Shown in pieces: positions 15,958-24,648 of a stretch of 64,000 nt of DNA. Source of the stretch: a virus (Duplodnaviria > Caudoviricetes); the IMG/VR virus record IMGVR_UViG_3300034062_006701. One strand, written 5' to 3'. Numbering within the stretch: the first letter of the stretch is position 1; the number at the start of each line of letters is the position of its first letter. The position numbers were made by a program, and so were the translations under genes. The notes under the pieces were generated by a model. That model was not told the origin of the DNA. It was given only the letters and a program-made list of their open reading frames with translations, and did not search any database.

Positions 15958-17536
15958 TACAACATTAAATTACCTTTTAACGTCTACACCTAGTAATATA
16001 CACGGTGTCGGCTTTGCATATAAACTAAAAAACGGTCAACCGGTAGATATTATGTCTGTACAGTTTCTTGTAGAGAAAAAAGTGTCTATTACAGAGCTCA
16101 ATAAAGATGAATTATTACCATCTACAGTAATAATTGACGGGCACGAATATCAGACTGATGTTATTGAAGCTGATAGAATTGAAGCGTTACCTTGTATTGG
16201 ACCACGCGCCGGGGGGACCGGGCAACCTTTCTTTGGAAGTTACGGATGGCCGGTTGCAGAGCATAGATCATTACAGCGACCGGTTCGCGGTGGAATTCAA
16301 CTTATTGGACGAAATGCACAGACTAGACTAGGATTTGGTACCTTAGGTGGGGTTGTAACTGATACAACTGACGGAACTACTGTAGGAATAACAAATGCAC
16401 ACGTTGTAGGACTCGCATTAACAAATTTCGATATTAGACCAGTTGTGGAGCGAGGGTTAATACTAGAAGATTGTGCTAAGATGAGATTATATGCCGGTAG
16501 TAACCTTCCCAGACAAGAGGGTACTACTAGTTTTCCTCCTATTCCAAATAGGTTTGGTGATCCTGGATTTTTTCCTGGTGTGAACCTCTGCAATAGTGGT
16601 GTCTATCCTTATGTATGGAGTGCTCCTACAGTATCAAACCTATCATCTGTACCATCAACATACAATAGTAATTTAACAGCGTATTCTGTAAATCCGGATA
16701 TAGGATATATTAAACGTTATTCACCTATCACGACAAATCCTAGTTTATTTAATATTAATGATGTTGCTTTAGTTACTTTTAATACACGCACAAATGCTCA
16801 CTTATTGAGTTCTTCTATACCGATGCTTTCTGCGGGATACAGCCATCAACAAGCTAACTTCTACCATAAAGACGTTTGTGCTTTCGCTTCTACAGCAGAG
16901 ATAAATTCACTTGTAGTAGATAATGTCCCTCTCTTTAAAAGCGGTCGCACAACATATGCAACCGGTCAGCCTAACCCGATTGGTTCCGAGGTACGGTCTA
17001 ATCCGGTAACATGTAATCTACCAACGACAGCGGGCTGGGTACCTGCGTATTATTTTCTACCGGAATGTACTATGCGAGCAACTTCTGTCGATTGGTCAGT
17101 TGCGGTTGGATACTCTTTCGGTGTAGCAAACTTTCAAAATACTATTATGTTCACCTCATCGGCCACACAACCAGCCTTGGGTGGGGATTCAGGTTCACTT
17201 GTTTATGGTCTCTTCAACTCTAATTCCCCTTCTACAAGTGCATGGAAAATTGTAGGGTTGTTATTTGCCGGAAACAATAATGCCACAGCGTTTGCCATAC
17301 GTATCGATACTATAGTAAATACTTTTAGTATTTCTGCGTACGATGGTGGTCAACCGAAATACACCACTTTAAACAATGAAAAAAAAATATATCTACCCGG
17401 TAAATCAAATGTATTAACACTAACTGGAAGCGATAACAAGAAATACTGGCAAAGCGGTCTAGTGGGTATAGTGGACGGTAAACCAGTAGCGGGACCCGGG
17501 TGGGTACCTGCATGGCGCAGTGGTAACTATCCTTAA
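15950..17536 (+). CDS. Trypsin-like (S1, Nal1-like) serine protease
   Basis: GTLGG..ITNAHVV (His), NDVAL (Asp), GGDSGSLV (Ser), IVGLLFAG; likely ATG at 15950 overlapping the previous stop. Confidence 0.8.
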   Translation: MNNTTLNYLLTSTPSNIHGVGFAYKLKNGQPVDIMSVQFLVEKKVSITELNKDELLPSTVIIDGHEYQTDVIEADRIEALPCIGPRAGGTGQPFFGSYGWPVAEHRSLQRPVRGGIQLIGRNAQTRLGFGTLGGVVTDTTDGTTVGITNAHVVGLALTNFDIRPVVERGLILEDCAKMRLYAGSNLPRQEGTTSFPPIPNRFGDPGFFPGVNLCNSGVYPYVWSAPTVSNLSSVPSTYNSNLTAYSVNPDIGYIKRYSPITTNPSLFNINDVALVTFNTRTNAHLLSSSIPMLSAGYSHQQANFYHKDVCAFASTAEINSLVVDNVPLFKSGRTTYATGQPNPIGSEVRSNPVTCNLPTTAGWVPAYYFLPECTMRATSVDWSVAVGYSFGVANFQNTIMFTSSATQPALGGDSGSLVYGLFNSNSPSTSAWKIVGLLFAGNNNATAFAIRIDTIVNTFSISAYDGGQPKYTTLNNEKKIYLPGKSNVLTLTGSDNKKYWQSGLVGIVDGKPVAGPGWVPAWRSGNYP

Positions 17537-17549
17537 ATAAATAGTATAT

Positions 17550-18998
17550 ATGCCTACTACATTTGTTGATAATATCTTAGTAAACGGTGATGTAAACATG
17601 ACTGGGAGAATTCTCTCTGCCGGTCGTGATTTAAATAGCGTCTTCGGTACATCTACAGTCGTTTCTCTCAGCACTATCTCTCCGAATAGCCAAGTAACTG
17701 CAACAAGCGGTACGCTAGGAATTGACCCTGCCTCTAACCTATGGGTTAAAAAAGCAGGTACACTAACCTCTAATTGGGAAACAGTGTTTACTTCGACAAG
17801 CGGTCAATATTATGCAAACATTATTCTGCAAGATGCTACGGGCGTTGTACTTGACGCAGGTGAGCTTGGTACTGTTGACGGAAATCTTGTTATAGGAGAT
17901 GGTAGTACTGCTAGCGGTAATCGTGTTGGTTCTAGTTCCGGGTCACTTGCATCGGATGAGTTCCGTGATTATTCAGATAGTGCTGAAGGATATTCTGCTA
18001 TACAGAGACTTTCAATAATGTCATCAACGTCAGCGTTTTCTGCTACAAATGGGTTTATACTATCATCAAATACCCCAGGTACTTTATGGTTCACAGTCAA
18101 TAGCCCCGCTCTAGGTTTTTTAACTGGCGCAATAGGCAGTAGAGTTTTTAGACCTTTGACAAGCATAGTTCAAGTGCGTTCGACAACACAGCATGCCCGG
18201 GCACTACGCTGGGACGGTACATTCGGGCCTATATGTAGCGGTACTGCTTCGTTCAATTTACTTCACGGTGATCAACCAACTGGTGTATATACTATGATGC
18301 AGATTCCTGTCTGTGTATTTCCGTGTACACCTACAGGTGTACTGAGTGGGTCAGTAGGCAGTATATCAATTACCGGGGGTTCGTATGTAACAACGACAAT
18401 TATACCATCGGCTGTTAACACAAGCCCTGTTTCCGCAGGTACATCTACAAATTCTCTCGTCAATTCAAACATAACAAAAATAGATGTATCACGTGTACAT
18501 AACAATGTCTGGCTCAGCTTTCAAAATGGCAAAATTAGAGAAGTTAATATTCCTCCTAGTGCGTATGTACAAACATCACCGACGGGATCAAGGATAGGTT
18601 ATCGAATTGACGTGTCCGGTAATCCGATATCAACGTTAACAGTTCCCTACGGTGTCTCTACTATAATAGCGAATAACTGTGGATTGAAATCATTTAAAGC
18701 AGGGGAATATTCAATCGATGTCACGTGCGAGGGTATTAATCCTGTTAATTCTATCGACTTTAGTACTCTTGGTACTGTAAATGCAGCACAACAATCTGAA
18801 TTTCTCTTTCCTGGAGCTAATATGACAACCAATGCAGTTGATGCTGCGTTTAATTCGTTTCCAATGACGTATTTACAGCTTGCTTCTGCAGCTCCAATTG
18901 TTGTACAAATAACAGGGACAAGTCAGCCTCCGTCACCAAATTCTCAATCTGTGCGTGATTTAATTGTCGCAGGTGGTGGAGTAGTTATAACAAACTAA
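17550..18998 (+). CDS. Virion / fibre-associated protein
   Basis: N-terminus TGRILSAGRDL shared with 13987; Mtd-N-like LDAGELG..LVIGDGST; late promoter. Confidence 0.55.
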   Translation: MPTTFVDNILVNGDVNMTGRILSAGRDLNSVFGTSTVVSLSTISPNSQVTATSGTLGIDPASNLWVKKAGTLTSNWETVFTSTSGQYYANIILQDATGVVLDAGELGTVDGNLVIGDGSTASGNRVGSSSGSLASDEFRDYSDSAEGYSAIQRLSIMSSTSAFSATNGFILSSNTPGTLWFTVNSPALGFLTGAIGSRVFRPLTSIVQVRSTTQHARALRWDGTFGPICSGTASFNLLHGDQPTGVYTMMQIPVCVFPCTPTGVLSGSVGSISITGGSYVTTTIIPSAVNTSPVSAGTSTNSLVNSNITKIDVSRVHNNVWLSFQNGKIREVNIPPSAYVQTSPTGSRIGYRIDVSGNPISTLTVPYGVSTIIANNCGLKSFKAGEYSIDVTCEGINPVNSIDFSTLGTVNAAQQSEFLFPGANMTTNAVDAAFNSFPMTYLQLASAAPIVVQITGTSQPPSPNSQSVRDLIVAGGGVVITN

Positions 18999-19002
18999 TA
19001 TT

Positions 19003-19356
19003 ATGAATAGATATATCTTCATACCCAACGAACGTGGCAACCAAATACGTCAAGAAGACAACGTTTGCGGAAATCTTATAGAATTGGCTGACACCAATGT
19101 TATTCATGGTGATATCCCGGTATTTACATCTAAAGACGGATACATAGAAAAAGGGAGCATTCTTTCTCAAATACCATCCCCACCAACATTTGAAACTTCA
19201 TATATAGATAACCGAGCAGATGCTTACCGTAATAATGGATTAGATGAAAGGAAGCTTATCGTGGCTCTCTGGGAGGCACAAGTTGAAAATCGACCTGAAG
19301 CATTGAATGAAATACAAGCTAAGCGTCTTGCTATAAAAGAACAATTTCCAAAATAA
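19003..19356 (+). CDS. Possible fibre assembly protein
   Basis: C-terminal EIQAKRLAIKEQFPK resembles small fibre-linked phage proteins. Confidence 0.5.
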   Translation: MNRYIFIPNERGNQIRQEDNVCGNLIELADTNVIHGDIPVFTSKDGYIEKGSILSQIPSPPTFETSYIDNRADAYRNNGLDERKLIVALWEAQVENRPEALNEIQAKRLAIKEQFPK

Positions 19357-19367
19357 GCTAAATTATT

Positions 19368-20750
19368 ATGCCGATTGTTATACAGAATAGATCGTTTCCT
19401 GCAATCGGTAACCCACCACAATCCAATCTTACTATAAGCGTTACAGGTGGTACACTCACCACCCTCCTTACCTCTGTCAATGTTATTAGTGGGTTTGATG
19501 CCGCTTTCACTCAACAGTTAGGAACTGGTGCCAGGCGTGAACCATACGTTGTTACAACAAATGATGCGTATGCTACCTTTCTTTCTCTTAATACAACTGT
19601 TGCAACTGTGACATCAGTCGGTTCTATCGGTACTGTTAACAGAACCACTACAAACGGACAAACAACAATACGTGTGACAGGTAATTCCGTTACAAAACTT
19701 GTACCTGTTAATATGACAGGTCAGATAAATCAATCCGTATCCAATACATTCATATCTACTGTTACCGGTACCCTTGCCGATCATTTATGTACGCAAGTTG
19801 ACAGTAGAATAGCAGGCAAAAACCCAACAGATGCTCGGTTTGTTCCAGTAACCGGTGGTCCTGGTGGCTCGCTATGCGGATTTGCAGACCCAAATTTCTG
19901 GCAACGTTGGCCGGCTCAAATACCTGAACCACTAACGTATACACGTAACCCCGGTCTTTGGTGTTCAGGTGTGGATGTGTCATTTATAAGCCCGTGGAAC
20001 TCTGATGGTGGTACTAATTTTTCTGGCTCTCTTATTACGCCAAGACATTTCATACGTGGTACACATTGGCCACCAAGAAACTTTACACCCGGTACACGCA
20101 TTCATTTTGTTGATATGGATAACAATATCTACGTAAGAACAATTGTTGGTGAGCAATCGGTTTGGGGTAGCGATCTAAAAGTCTGTACATTAAATGCAGA
20201 TATATCTGCAGGATGTAAGCCGGTTAAGTTATTTCCAAACGTGTATTCGAGTATAATTCGTGATCCTATGGGCATGGAGCTACCGGGATTGAGTGCGATT
20301 GTATATAATGCAATTATTACACCTCCTATGGTTATGACTACGCAAGATAAGAATTTTTATATCGCTGAATCCTTTAGATCCGATGGTACTCAAGGACAAG
20401 AGCCGGTTACTAATTTTAGTCGTGCGCCGTTTTTTTATGGTATACGCGGTGGTGATTCCGGTTCACCTGCTTTCTTTATTGTAAATGATGAGCCAAGTCT
20501 TGCTTTTACTTTGTATTCAGCTGGTGGTACATCAACGTATAACCCTAGTTGGTATTCTATTGGCGGTGGTAACGGGCAACCGGGACCATTAATTCATTTA
20601 ATTAACACTTTAGGCATCTCTGGAGCTGATACAAATGCTGGTTTATTATCAGGGTACGCAAATAGTGCTATATGGCCGGTCTCTGGTGGTAGGTATATAG
20701 CACAACTAACAGACATAAGTATGTTCCCTGTCTGTACCTCACTACCGTGA
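19368..20750 (+). CDS. Second trypsin-like serine protease with an Ig-like N-terminus
   Basis: SGSLITPRHFIRGTHW (His), GSDLKV (Asp), IRGGDSGSPAF (Ser). Confidence 0.8.
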   Translation: MPIVIQNRSFPAIGNPPQSNLTISVTGGTLTTLLTSVNVISGFDAAFTQQLGTGARREPYVVTTNDAYATFLSLNTTVATVTSVGSIGTVNRTTTNGQTTIRVTGNSVTKLVPVNMTGQINQSVSNTFISTVTGTLADHLCTQVDSRIAGKNPTDARFVPVTGGPGGSLCGFADPNFWQRWPAQIPEPLTYTRNPGLWCSGVDVSFISPWNSDGGTNFSGSLITPRHFIRGTHWPPRNFTPGTRIHFVDMDNNIYVRTIVGEQSVWGSDLKVCTLNADISAGCKPVKLFPNVYSSIIRDPMGMELPGLSAIVYNAIITPPMVMTTQDKNFYIAESFRSDGTQGQEPVTNFSRAPFFYGIRGGDSGSPAFFIVNDEPSLAFTLYSAGGTSTYNPSWYSIGGGNGQPGPLIHLINTLGISGADTNAGLLSGYANSAIWPVSGGRYIAQLTDISMFPVCTSLP

Positions 20751-20792
20751 AGTTCATTGAATTTATGGTATTCAAATTAAGTATCTTTGGTC

Positions 20793-21740
20793 ATGTCATA
20801 TATACTACCATCTGATGCCATAGCTTCTGCGATCTATTTTTCCTTATATCTTGACATTAGGAAGGATATTATTGTATCGTTCGACTATGCATGTTATGGT
20901 CCAGATCTCATGGGATCTGAGGGATTCTGTGTATTTTTTAGCAATACTTTCGCAGAAGCAATAAGATCTGGTGGCCCTGGCCCGGGGCTAGGTTATAGCC
21001 CGGTTTCAGGTATTGGTGGTAGTGATTATTTTGGTATGGATGCAGGTATACTCGGTGTTGGTTTTGATATTACCGGTAATAATGGTAGTGATAGATTTTC
21101 AGACACCGGGTACCCGGATATAGTACCGAATAGTATAACACTACGGGAGGGGCAAGGTGACAATTATAATATTTCACAGCGAACTCTAAATCTTAACAAC
21201 GCGACCTTTAATAGGCCAATAAGTTTATATGAACAAATAACAGATAATAGAGCACCTACATTCAAGCGCGTACGTGTTCGTATAACAGATTTCGGACAGC
21301 GTATTGTTGTTGATATGAAAAAGGTTGGTGACTATGGTTTTACAAACTATTTAGACTATACCTATCCAGAAAAAAAGATTTGGCCAAAAACTGTTCGGTG
21401 TGGTGTATCGTTTGCTACCGGAAGTGTTACGAATACTGTTTTTAAAGTAAAGGGTCTCAATATTAATGGTATTTACAGTGCCGACCGCGGTGAAGAGACT
21501 AACACTTTTACATACACTGTCGATACAAATTCACTACCCGGTACTCTTACTTACGATAACCCTTCATTCGAGTTCTTTAACTACAACGACATTCTGCATG
21601 TAGAAAATGTCAACTATAACGACCTCACAAACCCTGCTCTCACCGGTAGACCACTCATTCTTGTCGATCCCGTTGAAGGTCCTCTTGGAGCCCCATATAT
21701 TCCAGGTGATGAATATGTGGGTATCACAAACCTTTTATAG
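20793..21740 (+). CDS. L-type (legume / ConA-like) lectin domain protein
   Basis: VSFDYACYG..SEGFCVFF..GGPGPGLGY..LGVGFDITGN; TAAGTA upstream. Confidence 0.7.
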   Translation: MSYILPSDAIASAIYFSLYLDIRKDIIVSFDYACYGPDLMGSEGFCVFFSNTFAEAIRSGGPGPGLGYSPVSGIGGSDYFGMDAGILGVGFDITGNNGSDRFSDTGYPDIVPNSITLREGQGDNYNISQRTLNLNNATFNRPISLYEQITDNRAPTFKRVRVRITDFGQRIVVDMKKVGDYGFTNYLDYTYPEKKIWPKTVRCGVSFATGSVTNTVFKVKGLNINGIYSADRGEETNTFTYTVDTNSLPGTLTYDNPSFEFFNYNDILHVENVNYNDLTNPALTGRPLILVDPVEGPLGAPYIPGDEYVGITNLL

Positions 21741-21779
21741 TCTTTTTCACATCAAACAGATAAATACTTGTAATAAAAT

Positions 21780-24164
21780 ATGGGTAATATCGCAGCAACT
21801 CTATCCTTAAATGTACCGGCAATTACCGCTCTATGTAAGGGAGCGAGAGGCGGGGTAATTCTTAAAGGTTCCGGGGCCCCTACTATTAGTGTTGGTCTGT
21901 CTGGAGATTATTATATAGATGTTTTAACAGCGAACATGTTCGGTCCGAAGGAGAATAATTGGTCAACACCGTTTTTAACCCTTAGTTACCCGGCTAGTAG
22001 TTCACCTTTTACTATTGTTAATAGTATTACATCTCTTATAGCGCCTATAAACGGTAATAATATTGTAAATGGCAGACTAGTGAATGTACTAGGTGGCGAG
22101 AATAATGTAGCGGATGGTATTAATTTAGGTGTACTCGGTGGTATTAATAATAATTTATCTGGTAATAATACGTTTATTATCGGATCGAATATTACCGCAA
22201 ATGTAAGTGGCTTCACGCTCGTCAACAACCTCTCTACACCGGGAAGTGTTTTCGTTCGCGGTGGTAATAGCAGTTTATGGAACACTGTTTATACAAATGT
22301 TAATGCAAATAGTGCAAACTGGGATAGTGGTGGTAGTGTAGCGACAGTTGTTCGAGCACAATCAGGAAATAACAACTCTGTCTTTTCTACAGTTTCTGCA
22401 AATAGCGCTAACTGGCAGAACACATGGACAGCCTTTAGCAATGCCTCAGGATCTTATGTAACAAACGTTAACAGTGTTACTGCTTTTGCGTATACATTAA
22501 CAGATTCTACATCTTCAATAAGACCGGTACGCGGGAGTAACATTGCATCAAGCTGTTATAGTAATGTACAGGGTGGTAGGTGTAATACTGCATCAGGATG
22601 TTATAGTAGTGTTCTTGGCGGCTTCTGTAATCAAGTTACAGGTAATTACGGTTCGGTGAATAACGGTGTTTGTAATACTGCTTCAGCTTACGGCTCAGTT
22701 GTTGTAGGTGGTACCTGTAATAGTGCCTTAAGTGCTTTTTCTAATGTAGCCGGTGGTCGTCTTAATGTAGCTTCAGGTTGTAATTCTATTATAGCTGGCG
22801 GTGCTTGTAATACAGTGTCCGGAAATTGTTCTACTATTGTTGGTGGTTTTAGTTCACGAGTTATATGTGGTGCAGATAGCTTTATTGGTGGCGGTACTTG
22901 TAATATAGTTAATGCCTCATTCGGTCGGACAGTAATTGCAGGTGGTTGTAGAAACGTCGCATGTGGATCAGCTAGTTTTATTGGCGGTGGTCGTTGTAAT
23001 ACAGCTTCTGGAAATTATTCTAATATAGTTGGAGGGCAGCAGAATTTAGCATCTGGAGCTAGCTCTAATGTAGCTGGGGGGTTTTGTAATATCGCTTGTA
23101 ATACTGGTTCGAATGTAGCTGGTGGTTCTTGTAATATCGCTTGTGGTGCTTGTTCGAATGTAGCTGGGGGGTTTTGTAATATCGCTTGTAATACTGGTTC
23201 GAATGTAGCTGGTGGTCGTTGTAATACAGCTTCTGGGACGTATTCAACTGTTGTTGGTGGGTGTTGTAATACAGCTTCTGGGACGTATTCTAATGTAGCT
23301 GGTGGTGCTAATAATATTGCTTCTGGATGTTATTCTAATGTAGCTGGTGGTGCTAATAATACTGCTTCTGGATCTTTTTCTAATATAGCTGGTGGTAATA
23401 ATAATACTGCTTGCGGTACTCATTCAGTTGTAGCAGGTGGTGCTTATAATTCTACTCCAGGGAATTGTTCCAATGTAGCTGGTGGGTGTTGTAATATAGC
23501 TTGTGGATCTTTTTCTAATATAGCTGGTGGTAATAATAACACTGCTTCTGGTGGTTATTCTAATATAGCTGGTGGCTCATGTAATAGGGCCTGTGGAAAT
23601 TGTTCCAGTGTAGCTGGTGGTAATAATAATACTGCTTCTGGATCTTTTTCTAATATAGCTGGTGGTAATAATAATACTGCTTCCGGGAATTATTCCTTCA
23701 TCGCAGGAGGGGCTACCAACGACACGAAGGGATTTGCTAATACATTTATTCTTGGTACAGGCTTATCAGCAACCCAAACCGATACTGTTTATACTCAAAA
23801 CATTATTAATACAGGTAATATTTTCTACACAACAAGCACGGAAGGTGTTTCAACACGACAGGTAACAGGAACTGCTTTAAACATTAATCTATCCATTGCT
23901 AGTTCCTTTATACTGGCAATGAGAAGCAATATTACTAGTTTAGTGTTTTCTAATCCCCCAGCGATCAATAGAGCATATACATTTACGTTACAAACGAGCG
24001 GTGACGGTACAGTAAGAGCTGTAACATGGCCGGCATCCGTTAGATGGCAGGACGGTTCACCTCCAGTTATTACCGGTACTCTAAATAAAGTTGATACTTA
24101 TGTGTTTATGTCTTATAATGGAGGCATTGACTATTTCGGGTACATAAGTGGTCAAAACGCTTAA
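21780..24164 (+). CDS. Tail fibre with a Cys-rich 15-aa repeat shaft
   Basis: GAPT..GDYYID..MFGPK N-module; SNVAGGxCNxAxGxx repeats; C-terminal VTWPASVRW..PP..T...VD domain. Confidence 0.75.
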   Translation: MGNIAATLSLNVPAITALCKGARGGVILKGSGAPTISVGLSGDYYIDVLTANMFGPKENNWSTPFLTLSYPASSSPFTIVNSITSLIAPINGNNIVNGRLVNVLGGENNVADGINLGVLGGINNNLSGNNTFIIGSNITANVSGFTLVNNLSTPGSVFVRGGNSSLWNTVYTNVNANSANWDSGGSVATVVRAQSGNNNSVFSTVSANSANWQNTWTAFSNASGSYVTNVNSVTAFAYTLTDSTSSIRPVRGSNIASSCYSNVQGGRCNTASGCYSSVLGGFCNQVTGNYGSVNNGVCNTASAYGSVVVGGTCNSALSAFSNVAGGRLNVASGCNSIIAGGACNTVSGNCSTIVGGFSSRVICGADSFIGGGTCNIVNASFGRTVIAGGCRNVACGSASFIGGGRCNTASGNYSNIVGGQQNLASGASSNVAGGFCNIACNTGSNVAGGSCNIACGACSNVAGGFCNIACNTGSNVAGGRCNTASGTYSTVVGGCCNTASGTYSNVAGGANNIASGCYSNVAGGANNTASGSFSNIAGGNNNTACGTHSVVAGGAYNSTPGNCSNVAGGCCNIACGSFSNIAGGNNNTASGGYSNIAGGSCNRACGNCSSVAGGNNNTASGSFSNIAGGNNNTASGNYSFIAGGATNDTKGFANTFILGTGLSATQTDTVYTQNIINTGNIFYTTSTEGVSTRQVTGTALNINLSIASSFILAMRSNITSLVFSNPPAINRAYTFTLQTSGDGTVRAVTWPASVRWQDGSPPVITGTLNKVDTYVFMSYNGGIDYFGYISGQNA
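23067..23682 (+). repeat. In-frame 45-bp tandem repeat tract
   Basis: Exact 60-bp copy 23067-23126 = 23157-23216; exact 59-bp copy 23354-23412 = 23624-23682. Confidence 0.9.
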
Positions 24165-24168
24165 TTAT

Positions 24169-24648
24169 ATGAAATTATATTGTCTTGTTGAGAACGGTAT
24201 TGTGGTGGACAGCGTAACGGAGTTACCCATGACATTTGCAAATGTGTCTAATTTTAATGTATTAGATGATAGTGAGTTAAAAACACATGGCTGGCTACCG
24301 TGCTACATTCTTTCAGAAAATAAGGATATTGTTGTATCAGTAGAATATGAAATCTATGATGAGTATGTCAATAAAATTATTATTACCCGTGATAAAACAG
24401 ATAATGAATGCAATCAAAAGCGATCTGACAAAGATATATTAAATGATATTCGTGCAAAAAGAGACGCACTCCTTTCTGAAAGCGATAAAGCTATAGTCAG
24501 TGATCTGTGGTCAGATATGGACGAGCATACACGTGAGAGCTGGAAAAAATATAGACAGTCATTACGTGATATACCTCAATTATATACGTCTACCCATGAT
24601 GTAGACTGGCCGATCTCACCTCTACTTCAAAAAGTAATAGATGTATGA
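24169..24648 (+). CDS. Tail fibre assembly chaperone-like protein
   Basis: IRAKRDALLSESD...WKKYRQSLRDIPQ...VDWP. Confidence 0.8.
   Translation: MKLYCLVENGIVVDSVTELPMTFANVSNFNVLDDSELKTHGWLPCYILSENKDIVVSVEYEIYDEYVNKIIITRDKTDNECNQKRSDKDILNDIRAKRDALLSESDKAIVSDLWSDMDEHTRESWKKYRQSLRDIPQLYTSTHDVDWPISPLLQKVIDV

Noticed and set aside
23067-23682. CRISPR array or DGR template/variable repeat
   Set aside because: Units are contiguous, in frame and coding, with no unique spacers; differences are not adenine-specific; no reverse transcriptase or cas operon in the window
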